A stretch of DNA of 40,225 nucleotides from a virus (IMGVR_UViG_3300032320_000912:1-40225), one strand, 5' to 3'. Positions 26,340 through 36,900 are shown, counted from the stretch's first letter. Numbers and translations are program-made. The notes: generated from the letters alone by a model not told the origin.

Positions 26340-26959
26340 ACGAAGAGCTTTACGCACAAGTAGAAGGTGACGAGAAGGCGTTGGTCGATGGCATTATTGC
26401 CATTGTAGAAGAGTTTGGAAAGTTTGAGTCTGAGGGAAGTAGCGTAAATGTTGGCTACGATAGCGCAGCAGCCAACCCAAACCGCGACATCGGCGTTATC
26501 TGTGGCAACTGCGTATTCCACGTTCAGTCTGCCGATGGCATTGAGTGCACCGTTGCAAATGTGGACATCGAAGAAGAGGGCGCTTGTCGCTTTGCAATGA
26601 TCCCTCCGGGACTTGTAAATGCAAGAGAGACCTTGCGTGAAGCCGCCAGCGAATACAAAGTGCCTTCAGGCGTTCAGAGTGCTGCTAAGCGAGCACTTGG
26701 CTGGATCGCTGATGGCAAGGCTGGCGGTGGATTCACCTCAACTGGTCGCCGTCGTGCAGCTCAGCTTGCAGCAGGTGGGTCAGTAAGCCGCGACACTGTT
26801 GCTCGCATGAAGTCTTACTTTGCCCGTCACGCTGTTGACAAGAAGGCAACTGGCTTTAGTGCTGGCGAAGAAGGTTACCCATCTGCAGGACGTGTTGCGT
26901 GGGATGCTTGGGGTGGCGACGCTGGTCGCACTTGGGTCAATAGAGTAAAGTTAGACTAA
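26336..26959 (+). CDS. Two-domain protein: HiPIP-like Cys4 module plus a basic domain of head-associated type
   Basis: CGNCVF...C...I...GAC, then VPSGVQSAAKRAL...GRRRAAQLA...RMKSYFARH...SAGRVAWDAWGGDAG. Confidence 0.65.
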   Translation: MNEELYAQVEGDEKALVDGIIAIVEEFGKFESEGSSVNVGYDSAAANPNRDIGVICGNCVFHVQSADGIECTVANVDIEEEGACRFAMIPPGLVNARETLREAASEYKVPSGVQSAAKRALGWIADGKAGGGFTSTGRRRAAQLAAGGSVSRDTVARMKSYFARHAVDKKATGFSAGEEGYPSAGRVAWDAWGGDAGRTWVNRVKLD

Positions 26960-26975
26960 CCAAATAAAGGGCGCT

Positions 26976-27707
26976 ATGAAAATTTTATTCTTAGACATCG
27001 AAACCAGTCCAAACCTAGCCCACGTGTGGGGTCTATGGGATCAAAACATCTCAATCGGCCAAATCGTAAACTCAACTGAGATGCTGTGCTTTGGTGCTCG
27101 TTGGTATGGTCAGAAGAAAGTTATTTTCAAGTCGGTTCACCACGACGGAAAAGAAGCAATGCTTCAGGAAGTCCACAGACTTCTAGACGAGGCAGACGTG
27201 CTTGTAGGCTGGAACTCAAAGGCGTTCGACTCGAAGCACCTGAAGCGTGAGCTTTTGCAGGCTGGCATGAACCCACCGTCGCCCTACAAGGAGATGGACT
27301 TGATGCTCGCTGTTAAGTCCCAGTTTAAGTTCCCAAGCAATAAGCTTGACTACGTTTCTCAGACGCTTGGTGTAGGCCAAAAGGTAAAGCACTCTGGCTT
27401 CGATCTCTGGCTTCAGTGCATGGCTGGTAACGATAAAGCTTGGAAAGAGATGAAGAAGTACCAGATTCAGGATGTAGACCTGCTGGTCGATCTTTACGAA
27501 AAGCTAAAGCCTTGGATTCCAAACCACCCAAACATGACTCTTTACTCAAAGGAAGATGGTTGTATTGTTTGCGGCTCTAGCAATCTTCAGAGCAGGGGCT
27601 ACCAAGTTAGCATAGCTGGTAAATACAACCGCTATCAGTGCCAAGACTGCGGAAAATGGCAGAGGTCATCTAAGGCAGAAGCTACTAGCGACAGACGTAG
27701 TATCTGA
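26976..27707 (+). CDS. RNase H-like 3'-5' exonuclease with C-terminal zinc ribbon
   Basis: LFLDIET, GWNSKAFD, NKLDYV, YQIQDVDL; CIVC...CQDC. Confidence 0.88.
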   Translation: MKILFLDIETSPNLAHVWGLWDQNISIGQIVNSTEMLCFGARWYGQKKVIFKSVHHDGKEAMLQEVHRLLDEADVLVGWNSKAFDSKHLKRELLQAGMNPPSPYKEMDLMLAVKSQFKFPSNKLDYVSQTLGVGQKVKHSGFDLWLQCMAGNDKAWKEMKKYQIQDVDLLVDLYEKLKPWIPNHPNMTLYSKEDGCIVCGSSNLQSRGYQVSIAGKYNRYQCQDCGKWQRSSKAEATSDRRSI

Positions 27708-28042
27708 TGTTTTGGAGAAGGCTTATCAGCTTCCTAAAGAGAAGCAAAGAGCCTCTATTTCTAGACTTCGATGTCGACTTTGACGACATGGAATACGGCG
27801 AAGCCAGCGTAGTTGTTTATTATGATAACAAGACTGGCGAAACCTATTCAGTATCCCTGGGTTGCACTTGCCAGTTACCTGTGCGCATTCTCAGGATGGA
27901 CCAAGATTATGAACCATCGCTTCCGCACTTTGAGTGCCCTCACTGCGACAGGGTGTGCGGCCTGAAGGATTGCCTTATCTGCGAAACCTATGCAAAGATG
28001 CTAGAGGCAAGGCTGCTTATGGAAGAACCGCCGAAAGAATAG
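27707..28042 (+). CDS. Cys-rich hypothetical protein
   Basis: CTC, CPHC, C...CLIC; TGATG coupling; last gene of the plus arm. Confidence 0.65.
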   Translation: MFWRRLISFLKRSKEPLFLDFDVDFDDMEYGEASVVVYYDNKTGETYSVSLGCTCQLPVRILRMDQDYEPSLPHFECPHCDRVCGLKDCLICETYAKMLEARLLMEEPPKE

Positions 28043-28271
28043 CAACGGCTGCTGCAATTACGGACAGGGCAATAGCCAAGTTTTCCCGCACAGTGCTTCG
28101 CTGAGTCTTTAGCCTCTGGATGTCTAACTGCATTTCATTGATTGCTTCATCTTGAGCATCGGACTTTTTGTCTAGTCTGTCAATCGAATCTCGCACAGAC
28201 TTGATCCCTTCTTCAATTCGCCCAATTGCAACAAGGACTTCAACCCAGTCTCTACTATTCTGCTCCTGCAT
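28017..28271 (-). CDS. Coiled-coil protein with C-terminal membrane anchor (lysis cassette)
   Basis: Start MQEQNSRD at 28271; heptad pattern then LAIALSVIAAAVAILSAVL. Confidence 0.7.
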   Translation of the reverse strand: MQEQNSRDWVEVLVAIGRIEEGIKSVRDSIDRLDKKSDAQDEAINEMQLDIQRLKTQRSTVRENLAIALSVIAAAVAILSAVLP

Positions 28272-28449
28272 CTTCGTCCTTGTCCATTCTAAGCGGGAAT
28301 GTAATAATCCAAATTGCAAGTGTAATTACAATCAACATTCCAGTAACGTCTCTAGCTGAGCCTTCTAGCACAAGCCATGCTACTATCATACCAAGAAGTG
28401 TCCAAGCTTGTTCAATGATGTCCTTGAGTAGTGCTTTAATAAACTTCAT
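28255..28449 (-). CDS. Small two-TM membrane protein
   Basis: WTLLGMIVAWLVL and MLIVITLAIWIITF; TAATG coupling. Confidence 0.75.
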   Translation of the reverse strand: MKFIKALLKDIIEQAWTLLGMIVAWLVLEGSARDVTGMLIVITLAIWIITFPLRMDKDEDAGAE

Positions 28450-29948
28450 TACTTTATCTTTCTATTCGATGCTGCGACTGATGCCGAGGCTGCTGCAGCT
28501 GATGCAACCTGAGCTACTTGTCCTACGATAACTGCAGCAATAACAGTCTCTTCGGCTTTTTCTCTTTGTTCTGGAGCCATATCTGCGCCAATGTTTCCAA
28601 TGTCGTTAAATACTTCTAATACTGCTCCAGCAACATCTCCAACAAAGGGGATAGCCGCAAGCTCAGCTGGGAGTTCTTCATCATCTGCCTCTGCAATTAC
28701 TGCAAGAACTTCTAGTGCTTGCAGATATTCTTCAGATCCTTGCTCTGCAGTAGCAAAAGTTTCTAATGCTGCTTCTGATAGGATTTCTATTTGGGCGCTA
28801 GTTAATTCAGAAGGCTTAATTTCTGCCACTGCGTCCAACAACTCTTCTATAGGAGCTTCTGCAGTAATCTCCGGGGTCTCAACAGGCTCCTCTGGTTCTA
28901 GCTCAGGCTCAGGAGTAGGTTCTTCAGAAGGAGACGGATCAGGTGATGGCAAAGGTTCTTGCGTGGATTCTAAATTCTCGGGTTCTACAACCACTGGTGG
29001 TTCTGGCGTTTCTACTGGCTCTGGGCTTGGTTGTTCTGTGGGTTCGGGCTCAGGAGCTGGGATGTCGATTGGAGAAGGTTCCTCTGTGGGTTCTGGGGTT
29101 ACTTCTGGTTCTGGTTCCGGCTGTGGTGTTACTGGTTCTGGGCTAGGCTCAGGTTGTGGCTCAGGTTGTGGCGTTGGTGCTGCAAGTGTTTCATAAACAA
29201 AAGTCACTGTTAGCTTTTTATATTCCCCAGGACAGGGGTCGCCAAATACGGAGTTGTCTGCAGAGATGCTTGATGCAGTCGTGCCATTAAAGACAGCTGC
29301 AACTACAGAAGAAACATCAATGCCGCAATTAGAGTCGTGTGCGACATACCAAGCCACGGCCCCTGAAAAGATTTTTCCCGCTGGCGCTTCTGCCTCCAGT
29401 ATGCTGCCCTCGTTTACTATATACTCCCACTGAATAGAGGGTGCCGATAATGACGACTCTGTAGCTACTTCTGAGACTGATTGTGATTGGGTTTCTGGTG
29501 AGTTAGTAGGTTCAGGAGCTGGGCTTGTCGTTTGCGACTCTGATGATTCTGAGCTAACTGATGACGAATCTGTAGGGACAGGACTTTCAGAAGAGACTGA
29601 GGAAGATTCGGAGACTACTGGGCTAGAGGAAGGCTCCGGCGCAGGCGTGGGAATAACGCCATTGTAATATCTTAGAGGCTCATCGGTTAATGTATCGGAA
29701 ACGTATGTAGCCCCATCTCTTAGCGGGGAGAAGCCTCCGGTGCAGTAAAGTGCGGCAATGTTGCCCTTGCCCATAAAGAACTGATTAGAGTTATCCCAGC
29801 CAACTTGGTAAGTCCCTTGAGTCCCGTTCTTTTCACAAGTAATCTGAACAGGTCCTGTTTGGGCTGCTTGCGAGGAGGATGCAAAAAATAATGGCATAAA
29901 CGCCAAGCTGAGAGCAGCGAGAGTTCTCAAGCCTTTTGTGGACTTCAT
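28449..29948 (-). CDS. Secreted/membrane-anchored Pro-Glu-rich protein with SUEL-type lectin-like domain
   Basis: Signal peptide ending SSQA; Ser/Pro/Glu linkers; NSVFGDPCPGEYKKLTVTFVY; hydrophobic C-terminal VIAAVIVGQVAQVA plus basic tail. Confidence 0.75.
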   Translation of the reverse strand: MKSTKGLRTLAALSLAFMPLFFASSSQAAQTGPVQITCEKNGTQGTYQVGWDNSNQFFMGKGNIAALYCTGGFSPLRDGATYVSDTLTDEPLRYYNGVIPTPAPEPSSSPVVSESSSVSSESPVPTDSSSVSSESSESQTTSPAPEPTNSPETQSQSVSEVATESSLSAPSIQWEYIVNEGSILEAEAPAGKIFSGAVAWYVAHDSNCGIDVSSVVAAVFNGTTASSISADNSVFGDPCPGEYKKLTVTFVYETLAAPTPQPEPQPEPSPEPVTPQPEPEPEVTPEPTEEPSPIDIPAPEPEPTEQPSPEPVETPEPPVVVEPENLESTQEPLPSPDPSPSEEPTPEPELEPEEPVETPEITAEAPIEELLDAVAEIKPSELTSAQIEILSEAALETFATAEQGSEEYLQALEVLAVIAEADDEELPAELAAIPFVGDVAGAVLEVFNDIGNIGADMAPEQREKAEETVIAAVIVGQVAQVASAAAASASVAASNRKIK

Positions 29949-29993
29949 TCGGTACCAATGCTTTCCCGCCCATTGATGCGCCCGATGAATTAA

Positions 29994-30347
29994 TTACTTG
30001 GAGTTATAAAGATCTTCGTCTGAGTCCTCAAACTCAACATCGTCCCAACCAAACTCGCCATCCTCAGCGACTTCTAGGGCTTCTTTGATGTTCTCGTTGC
30101 CCTCTGCGGTCTTTGCCACTGCGGAGCGAAAGGCGTTTGCGACATCAAGGGAAGTAAGAGTTCCGCTCCAAGTCATGCTAACGCCAATCATGGTCAGCAC
30201 AATTGCGAAGGCGGCTCCAACACCGATGATCGAACCAAGCCACCAGTCACCGTTGGTAGCGATAGCTCCTACACCAGTGCCTGCGAAAAAGGTAGCTAGG
30301 AATAATCCAAATGCCCTAACTAGAATGTCTTTGATTAGCTGCTTCAT
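29994..30347 (-). CDS. Putative holin
   Basis: Two TM segments and acidic tail; ATGA overlap with the endolysin stop. Confidence 0.6.
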   Translation of the reverse strand: MKQLIKDILVRAFGLFLATFFAGTGVGAIATNGDWWLGSIIGVGAAFAIVLTMIGVSMTWSGTLTSLDVANAFRSAVAKTAEGNENIKEALEVAEDGEFGWDDVEFEDSDEDLYNSK

Positions 30348-30835
30348 GCGTTTTCCTTAATTGCTTTGAACAAGTCCTGCTTGGCGGTAGTAGGACCGAA
30401 TACGTCTTTCACACCCTTGCCCAGAGTGGCATGAAGGTGGCTCCCGCTCGATGCGTTGCCAGTGTTGCCCACTTTGATACCGAATGGCTTTCCGGCTTCT
30501 AACTTCTGGCCGACAGCAACTGCGAATGGGGTAGTGCACTTGGCATCTGGCCCCTTGCACTCAATGCCATGCTTGTCGCAGGCCAGGTGGCAGTAGCCGA
30601 TGTGCAGAATCTTTTTGGTCTTAGTAGCTGCAGTCTGAACAACAACCCAACCGAGAACGTTGGACCACTGCACAAGCTTTACGGTTCCGTTAGCAATTGC
30701 AGGTATCGCAGTCTTGCCCTTCGGGGCCCAGTCGGTACCAGAGTGCGGTTGCATTCCATTCTTGCGTCGGTATTCTGAAAGGGTGCCATAGTGCCCCGTG
30801 ATTAGCTTCTCGCTAAACGGCATAATCCAGCTCAT
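30344..30835 (-). CDS. M23-family peptidase endolysin
   Basis: HSGTD (HxxxD), AIANGTV, YCHL, GNTGNASSGSHLH (HxH); start MSWIMPF at 30835. Confidence 0.88.
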   Translation of the reverse strand: MSWIMPFSEKLITGHYGTLSEYRRKNGMQPHSGTDWAPKGKTAIPAIANGTVKLVQWSNVLGWVVVQTAATKTKKILHIGYCHLACDKHGIECKGPDAKCTTPFAVAVGQKLEAGKPFGIKVGNTGNASSGSHLHATLGKGVKDVFGPTTAKQDLFKAIKENA

Positions 30836-30842
30836 TTTATTC

Positions 30843-31208
30843 CTAGGCGTAGGTGCTGGCAGCCCAAACAAGTTTAAGGTTAGTCTCCGCTGTGCTGCCG
30901 TTGCAGCGGAACACCTTTGCGCTAAAGCCATTCACAGTTGGATCCCCAAGGATAGTTACTGCGTAGACACTTGCGCCAGTGCCGCCCTTAACGGTGATAA
31001 ATACTTTTGGAGCAGTAGGCAATGCTGATGCGAATGAGACGTTCACAGTCACAGTTCCGGCAGTTGCAGCTGGTCCAGTAAAGAGTTGTTCGCCAGTCAC
31101 CATGCCGATATTATCGGCAGTGCTAGCGATGTTGCCCAGAATAGTCTGAAGAGGAGTAATCTGATCGCTTGAGCTTGGGTAATAAACACCCTTAGTAGTA
31201 GTTGGCAT
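30843..31208 (-). CDS. Minor tail / tail-tip protein
   Basis: MPTTTKGVYYP N-terminus; beta-rich VNVSFASALPTAPKV...GFSAK...WAA; TATAAT 6 nt before the ATG. Confidence 0.65.
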   Translation of the reverse strand: MPTTTKGVYYPSSSDQITPLQTILGNIASTADNIGMVTGEQLFTGPAATAGTVTVNVSFASALPTAPKVFITVKGGTGASVYAVTILGDPTVNGFSAKVFRCNGSTAETNLKLVWAASTYA

Positions 31209-31215
31209 AATGCTA

Positions 31216-31542
31216 TTATAACGCATTCTCTAGGGCTTCAACCCGAGCAGTTAAATCTTGAATAAGCAGCAAAGCTGCATCTACAGATTCGCTAGCCGCA
31301 GCTGCTGTGGTCAAGGCACCAAGTGCATCATTCTGTGCTTGATCTACAGCTGCATTGGTAGCTGTTAGCTCAACTAGAGTGGCATCAAGTCGATTGTAAT
31401 TGCTCTGCAATTGGTTATCTCTGGTGATGTTATTTATTTGCGCAGATTTAAAAGTAGACTCTAGGTTGTTAATGCTCTTCTCAACCTCACGTCCCCAGTT
31501 AAGGGAATCAGTTGGCAGATTGTTTTTTGGAAATGTGGTCAT
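31216..31542 (-). CDS. Minor tail protein with coiled coil
   Basis: N-terminus FPKNNLPTDSLNWGREVEKSINNL resembles the start of the collagen protein at 3273; ends RVEALE. Confidence 0.7.
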   Translation of the reverse strand: MTTFPKNNLPTDSLNWGREVEKSINNLESTFKSAQINNITRDNQLQSNYNRLDATLVELTATNAAVDQAQNDALGALTTAAAASESVDAALLLIQDLTARVEALENAL

Positions 31543-33089
31543 TAGTTCCTCACTAGCGGCACGGTTGCAAACTCATCAAAGCTAAGGCTAGAGTTGCTTG
31601 TATTGAAATTAGCTATCGTCCCACCGGACCAAGCTGAGTTAAAGTCGGCAATTGTAATGAACTTTTTTGCAGTAAAAGAAACACTGCTATTAGTATAAGC
31701 CAAGTTATTTAACCTAAACTTACCATCGTAGTCGCTAATCATTGAGCCAAGATCTTCACCAAAGGAAACTCCAGTTGCAATTGAACCTTGGATTTCCATC
31801 TTTGGCCCCATGATTGCCTGGGCTGCAGCCACGCCCCTGTCAACCTGAATCCGCTTACTTGTGATAAATGGGTTATCAATGCTTGTGCCAGAGATATCGG
31901 CTACATAATCTTCAGATGCTCCGGTCACAAACTTTGCTGAAGTTTTGTTAAAAAACACCCCAGTGCCGACAATGTAGATGGCTGGGTAGTCAGTGTCGCC
32001 CGAAGTCTCAACTCCAATTTTATATGGAGCAAAAGTAACTTCTTGTAATTCACCTTCTGCAGTTGGCATTTCAACAGATGGGGGAGCGGTCACTCTGACT
32101 TCGATTTCGTCAAAGTTCTCAGTAAGCCTAACCTCAAGCTTGCCACCTTGTTCGGCCCACTGAACTGGGTCAATCGGATAGTCATCGTAACCAACTACCA
32201 CATATTGTCCATTAGCATGAGTTTCAGGAAACGGCAATGTGGTTATAGATGCAACTACGTTAGGCTGCTGGACTGATGTAAGTGATGCATTTATCTTGAA
32301 ACGCTTGATAACAGTCTCGCCTGCATTTACTTGCATTGGATCTGAAAAAGAAGCATTTTGACTTATTAAAAATAGACCATCAGTGCTTCCCTGCTCTTTT
32401 ACCACTTTGTTTATGCCGTAGGAGGTGTTGTAATTAAATACTTCAACTTCCTTAGCTGCATCGTAGGAGTCGATAGATAGGGACTTGTCCATGACATACT
32501 CAGAGAAGTCAATCGAAGTACTAGAGCCCTCTCGGAACCAGAGCGTATCACCCTGTATATACATTTCCATAAAGGTATTGTTATCGCTGTTCAGCGGAGT
32601 GGCAGCACAAAGCATCTTTAAGTATTCCCAGACATTGCCATTCCAGCCGGGGAAGTTAACTGATAAGCCGTCAAGCTTCGTGCTGAAACCAGTAACAAAT
32701 TGTGGCGTAACGTTAACAAGGCCACAGTAGTAAACAATTGCATCTAGCAAACTAGCGCCAGACCCACCGATTGCAGCAGCTGTTCTTGTGGAATTTAGGC
32801 GATACTGAATTGTCTCACCAGTAATAGTTGCAGAAGCTTCTCCAATACTGACCTGTCGCGCCCTAAATGTAACCGACCCAAACTCGGAGTCTGTAAGTTG
32901 AATCTGATTGTTTACTGCAATTGTGGTTCCTCGAGGGCCTTGATCTGCAATAACAGTAAGGCTTACCTGACCAGCTCCGCCGTTAATGTTCTCAGGCTCA
33001 AATGGACTAGCATCCTCAGAGTAGGAATAGCTGACAATCTTGTCTTCTTGAAAAGTTCCGCTACCACTTATGTTGTCTACGGTAATCAT
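31542..33089 (-). CDS. Minor tail protein (baseplate hub/Tal position)
   Basis: 515 aa beta-rich; second gene after the tape measure; TAATG coupling. Confidence 0.7.
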   Translation of the reverse strand: MITVDNISGSGTFQEDKIVSYSYSEDASPFEPENINGGAGQVSLTVIADQGPRGTTIAVNNQIQLTDSEFGSVTFRARQVSIGEASATITGETIQYRLNSTRTAAAIGGSGASLLDAIVYYCGLVNVTPQFVTGFSTKLDGLSVNFPGWNGNVWEYLKMLCAATPLNSDNNTFMEMYIQGDTLWFREGSSTSIDFSEYVMDKSLSIDSYDAAKEVEVFNYNTSYGINKVVKEQGSTDGLFLISQNASFSDPMQVNAGETVIKRFKINASLTSVQQPNVVASITTLPFPETHANGQYVVVGYDDYPIDPVQWAEQGGKLEVRLTENFDEIEVRVTAPPSVEMPTAEGELQEVTFAPYKIGVETSGDTDYPAIYIVGTGVFFNKTSAKFVTGASEDYVADISGTSIDNPFITSKRIQVDRGVAAAQAIMGPKMEIQGSIATGVSFGEDLGSMISDYDGKFRLNNLAYTNSSVSFTAKKFITIADFNSAWSGGTIANFNTSNSSLSFDEFATVPLVRN

Positions 33090-33964
33090 TAGACCTCTTT
33101 AAAGTTGGCGCTCATTCCAACTTGCCCATCGTTAATTGCTGCTGAGTAATACTCGACATTTGGAAGCTGAGTAAACTCAAGCGCAGAAGTTCCTCGACCA
33201 CTCCAGAACTCACCCTGCGGCACAGAGTCGGCCTCTGGTAGAACCTGGGCAATCATTCCGGAGATTCTTAGATCGCTAGCTGATGCAACGGTGTTTCTGA
33301 TAAACACATCTACCATTGAGTAAGTGTTCCCATTAACTTGGGTGTTGGTTCTAATCGCGCTATTATTGGCAAGGATTGCTGCATTGACTACAACAGCAGA
33401 ACCACCAGCTCTTGGATACTGCCTTAGTGAAACAGTTGCCGAGCCACTTGTGAGTACACCATGCACACCAAAGTGCAGCTTGTAACCCTCTGGAATGAGG
33501 ATTCGCTGGTAGGTAGTGCTTTCTGCAACTCCAGAGAACGCCAACTTAAGAGACTGGTATGGGTAGTTCTTTGTGTTGCTCGCAGTTGAGATTAGCGACT
33601 GAGTGCCTACAGAAGAGATGGAAGGCCAGTCGCCAAGGGATAACATTGGAGATGCCCAGTGAGGTGGTAGCAAGTTGGTATCAACTGCATAAGGGTCTAG
33701 CCAGTAGAAAGGGCCCTCGCCGTAAATTCCGTCAGCGTAGTCCTTGATTGTGTGCAGGCTATCTTCCCTAGTCTCGGCATTTAAAGAGCCATTCCAAGAT
33801 ACCGAAAAAGCCCTGTGGTTGGCTCCAGAACGCTTGACGTGAGTCCTGCCACTAAGTAGCTGATTCTCCACTGAAAAGCCCGCAGAATCGACCCTGAGGC
33901 CAGTCAGGGGTGCTGGAATCCAGCACTGACTCTGAGCATTTCCAAAGTAGACTTTTCTATTCAT
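33089..33964 (-). CDS. Minor tail protein (distal tail, Dit position)
   Basis: Directly after the tape measure; GPFYWLDP; TAATG coupling. Confidence 0.7.
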   Translation of the reverse strand: MNRKVYFGNAQSQCWIPAPLTGLRVDSAGFSVENQLLSGRTHVKRSGANHRAFSVSWNGSLNAETREDSLHTIKDYADGIYGEGPFYWLDPYAVDTNLLPPHWASPMLSLGDWPSISSVGTQSLISTASNTKNYPYQSLKLAFSGVAESTTYQRILIPEGYKLHFGVHGVLTSGSATVSLRQYPRAGGSAVVVNAAILANNSAIRTNTQVNGNTYSMVDVFIRNTVASASDLRISGMIAQVLPEADSVPQGEFWSGRGTSALEFTQLPNVEYYSAAINDGQVGMSANFKEV

Positions 33965-36900
33965 TATCTGCTGCCTCTTCTGGACATCTTTGTATTTCCC
34001 GTGTTTGCAACTTCTGCAATCTTAGTGCTATCTGCATACAAGTTTACAGGACGATCACCGAACTGCCTTAGTAACTGGCGGTCTTCTGGAGATAGGAACA
34101 CAATGCTTGGACCGGACTGTTGCTGACGGCTGGCTGCTCCAACTGGAGAGAATCCAACTCGCTGCTGGTTTAGGGCATTAAAGAATCCAACTCCGTATGC
34201 CCTAACAGATCTTGCGCTCATTACAAACTCGCCGTTAGATAGCATTGCAGGGATTGAGTCGGAGGTGGAGCTTCCCTCGCCTGAAACAAAACCACCAGAA
34301 GCAAGACCTTGAATCTTTCTTCTCTCTGCGTAGTATTGGTCAAGCTTTACCATAGCGCCAGCATACTCTGCGCCAAATCTACCTTGGGAGGCAAGAGATG
34401 CCTTGTAACGCTCTGCGTTTGCAATCTTTGCATTTATAGCATCCAAAGCAACTTGGTCTACTACAAATTTAACTTCTGGAGCAGCTGGTGCTGTTTGACC
34501 TAAAACCGGAGCGATTATCTTTGCAAGGGATGCGTTAGCGGCTAGCACAAACTCCGAGATAGCCCTTAGTGCTGGATCTGTGTTTATTCCAATTACAAGG
34601 TCACCCCTGAACTGGTCGAGCTGGTTAATAATAGTCTTAAAATCAGACTCAAAGGCTGAGGTATAAGACTTCAACTCGTCTTCTGCAAAACCGAGGTTCT
34701 TTCCCTGCTTTAGGAATTCGCCTGCAAGAGTTGCAGCCTGTTCCTTTAAGTCAACGCTCGACATACCTGTGCTGGCTAGCGAGGTTAAGTAATCTGTGTA
34801 AGTCTGAACCAGACCACGCACAGTTGCTCGGTTCTTAATAGCGCCAGCAGTGTCGCCCTTTAGAGTCTTAGTTGATGCCTCCTGGGCCTCTGCTCTACTC
34901 TTAGTTGCTTCTGCAATGTCCCTGTTAGCCTTTTCAAGCTGAGAACGTAACTGAGCAGCTCTCTTTGTATCGCCATATCTTTCAGCGACAGAAAGCTTGT
35001 ATTCAAGCATTGCCCTGTCTGCGGTTAGGCCATTGATAGTTTCGTCGGCGCTCTTTACTGCCTCGGCGGCCGATTCAGCTGCTTCTTTAATGTCTAGCCA
35101 CGATTGAGTTAGAGCATCATAACTTGTAGATTGTCCGAACCTAAAGTCAAGCGCATTCTTCATCGCAGTTGCAATGCCAGAAGCATATTCAGTTATAGTT
35201 TTAAAGAACGGATCTTTTGGAACAGCCTCAATTAGGCCAGTAGATATTTCTTTAAATAACGAAGGAAACTGTTTGCGAAGGCTAGCAATTTCTTTCTTAG
35301 TCAAAGACGCACTTCCACCTAGAGCCAAGATTGCCTTGTCAATTGTTCTAAATGCTAACCCTGCGTTTTCACTTGTGTATCCAGCATCCTGCATTGCAAT
35401 TTTAAGAACCTTTAGCTCAGTAGTGGCCTTCCCAAAGTCGCCCTTTGCTCGGTTTCCAATTGAAGTTATTACCGCCTGCAGTGCTTCTAGATTATTTCTT
35501 CCGCTATCTGTAAGAGTAGACCAGTCCTTGCTTTCGCTAAGGGACTTGCCTAAACCTTCGGTAGCAGCACGAACAGCCATCAGCGCATCCACAGCCGCAA
35601 AGGACTCAGTGACCAGTCGGTTTAGCCGATCTGCGAGAGTTTCTCCATCGCCTTCTGGAGTTGTTGTAAGCGCCCCAGCAACAGCAATAGCTTGTAGGCT
35701 CCTAAGAATTTCAGATAGTTCACCAGCATTACCTGCGTTTAGGATTCCACTAACAGCCTTAGCCGCAGCACCCCACATAACGCTAGAGCCAGCTTTATTG
35801 ATTGATGACGCAGCAAGATTGGCAGCTTTTTCAGTTTCGTAAAGTGCCTTTACGATTGAAATAAGAGCTTGCACGGTTTCAGCATCATTCACCTGAGCAA
35901 TGATCTTAGGGTCAATGCCATCAATATCTTTTAGCATACTGACAGTTGCTGACCGCAGCTGTCCCATTACTGCCTTCATATCCTTGCCGCTGCTTGATGC
36001 ATCTGCGAAAGCCTGCTGGAGAGCTAGGATCGCATTTTCAGTATTTTCCGCAATGCCAAATGCAGCATTGATTGCATTGAAAATCTCATTCTTTGCAACA
36101 GCAACACCTAACGCTTCTCTAATTGAGTCAAAGGTGTCCCTCATTAGATTTAGCTTTACAAGTTGCGCATCGATTTGGTTAGCCTGCTGTTCAAGAGCAA
36201 AGTTTTCTTCGGGGTCCATAGAAGCATATGCCGCTGCTTGAAGAAGTACAAACTGAGAATTCAGGTCTGCAATCTGTTGGTCAAGATTTGGGAACGGGTC
36301 GTAATTAGGGTCCGATATGATTCCCTGAACAATCTCCTGGAAGTTGTAGCCCAGTGCCTCTAGGTCAGCAAAAAGAGTAGGATACTTCTCTAGTGCAGCA
36401 CTTAGGTTCTCATCTTGCATCAAGGCATTTGCCAACCAAGCCTTGGTGTTCTGTCCAAGAGCAAAAGTAGTGTTCTCAAGCCCCTCGACAACATCTTGAT
36501 TTGCAGATACAAAGTCAGAAGATACGCCAGTTATGTTCTTGATTTGGACTGCGGCTTCATTTACCTTGTTTGAGTAAGTTGCTGTCTTTACTGTTAGTAG
36601 AGAGTAGTCAGCTGAGGCGGCCTTTTGCTCGTCACTTAAAGCTTCATAGGCCTGCGTGTCTTGCTTAATGGCATCGCGTAGTGATGCAACTCCACCGCCA
36701 GACTCAAGAACATTAACCTTCATCTGCTCAGATGACGCTGCAATCATTGCAAATGTTGTTGCAAGAGTAGTTCCAACAGCCAAGATTGCACCAAGACCGC
36801 TTGCAAGTCCTAGAAATTTTGAACCTATGCCAAGCACACCCTTTGGTGCCATTGATGCAGCTCTAGTCTCCGTGTTGATAGCCGTTACATTCTTTAAGCG

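Noticed and set aside
28017-28042. Terminator expected where the two transcription arms converge
   Set aside because: The converging ORFs overlap by 26 nt and no convincing hairpin was seen, so none is called.
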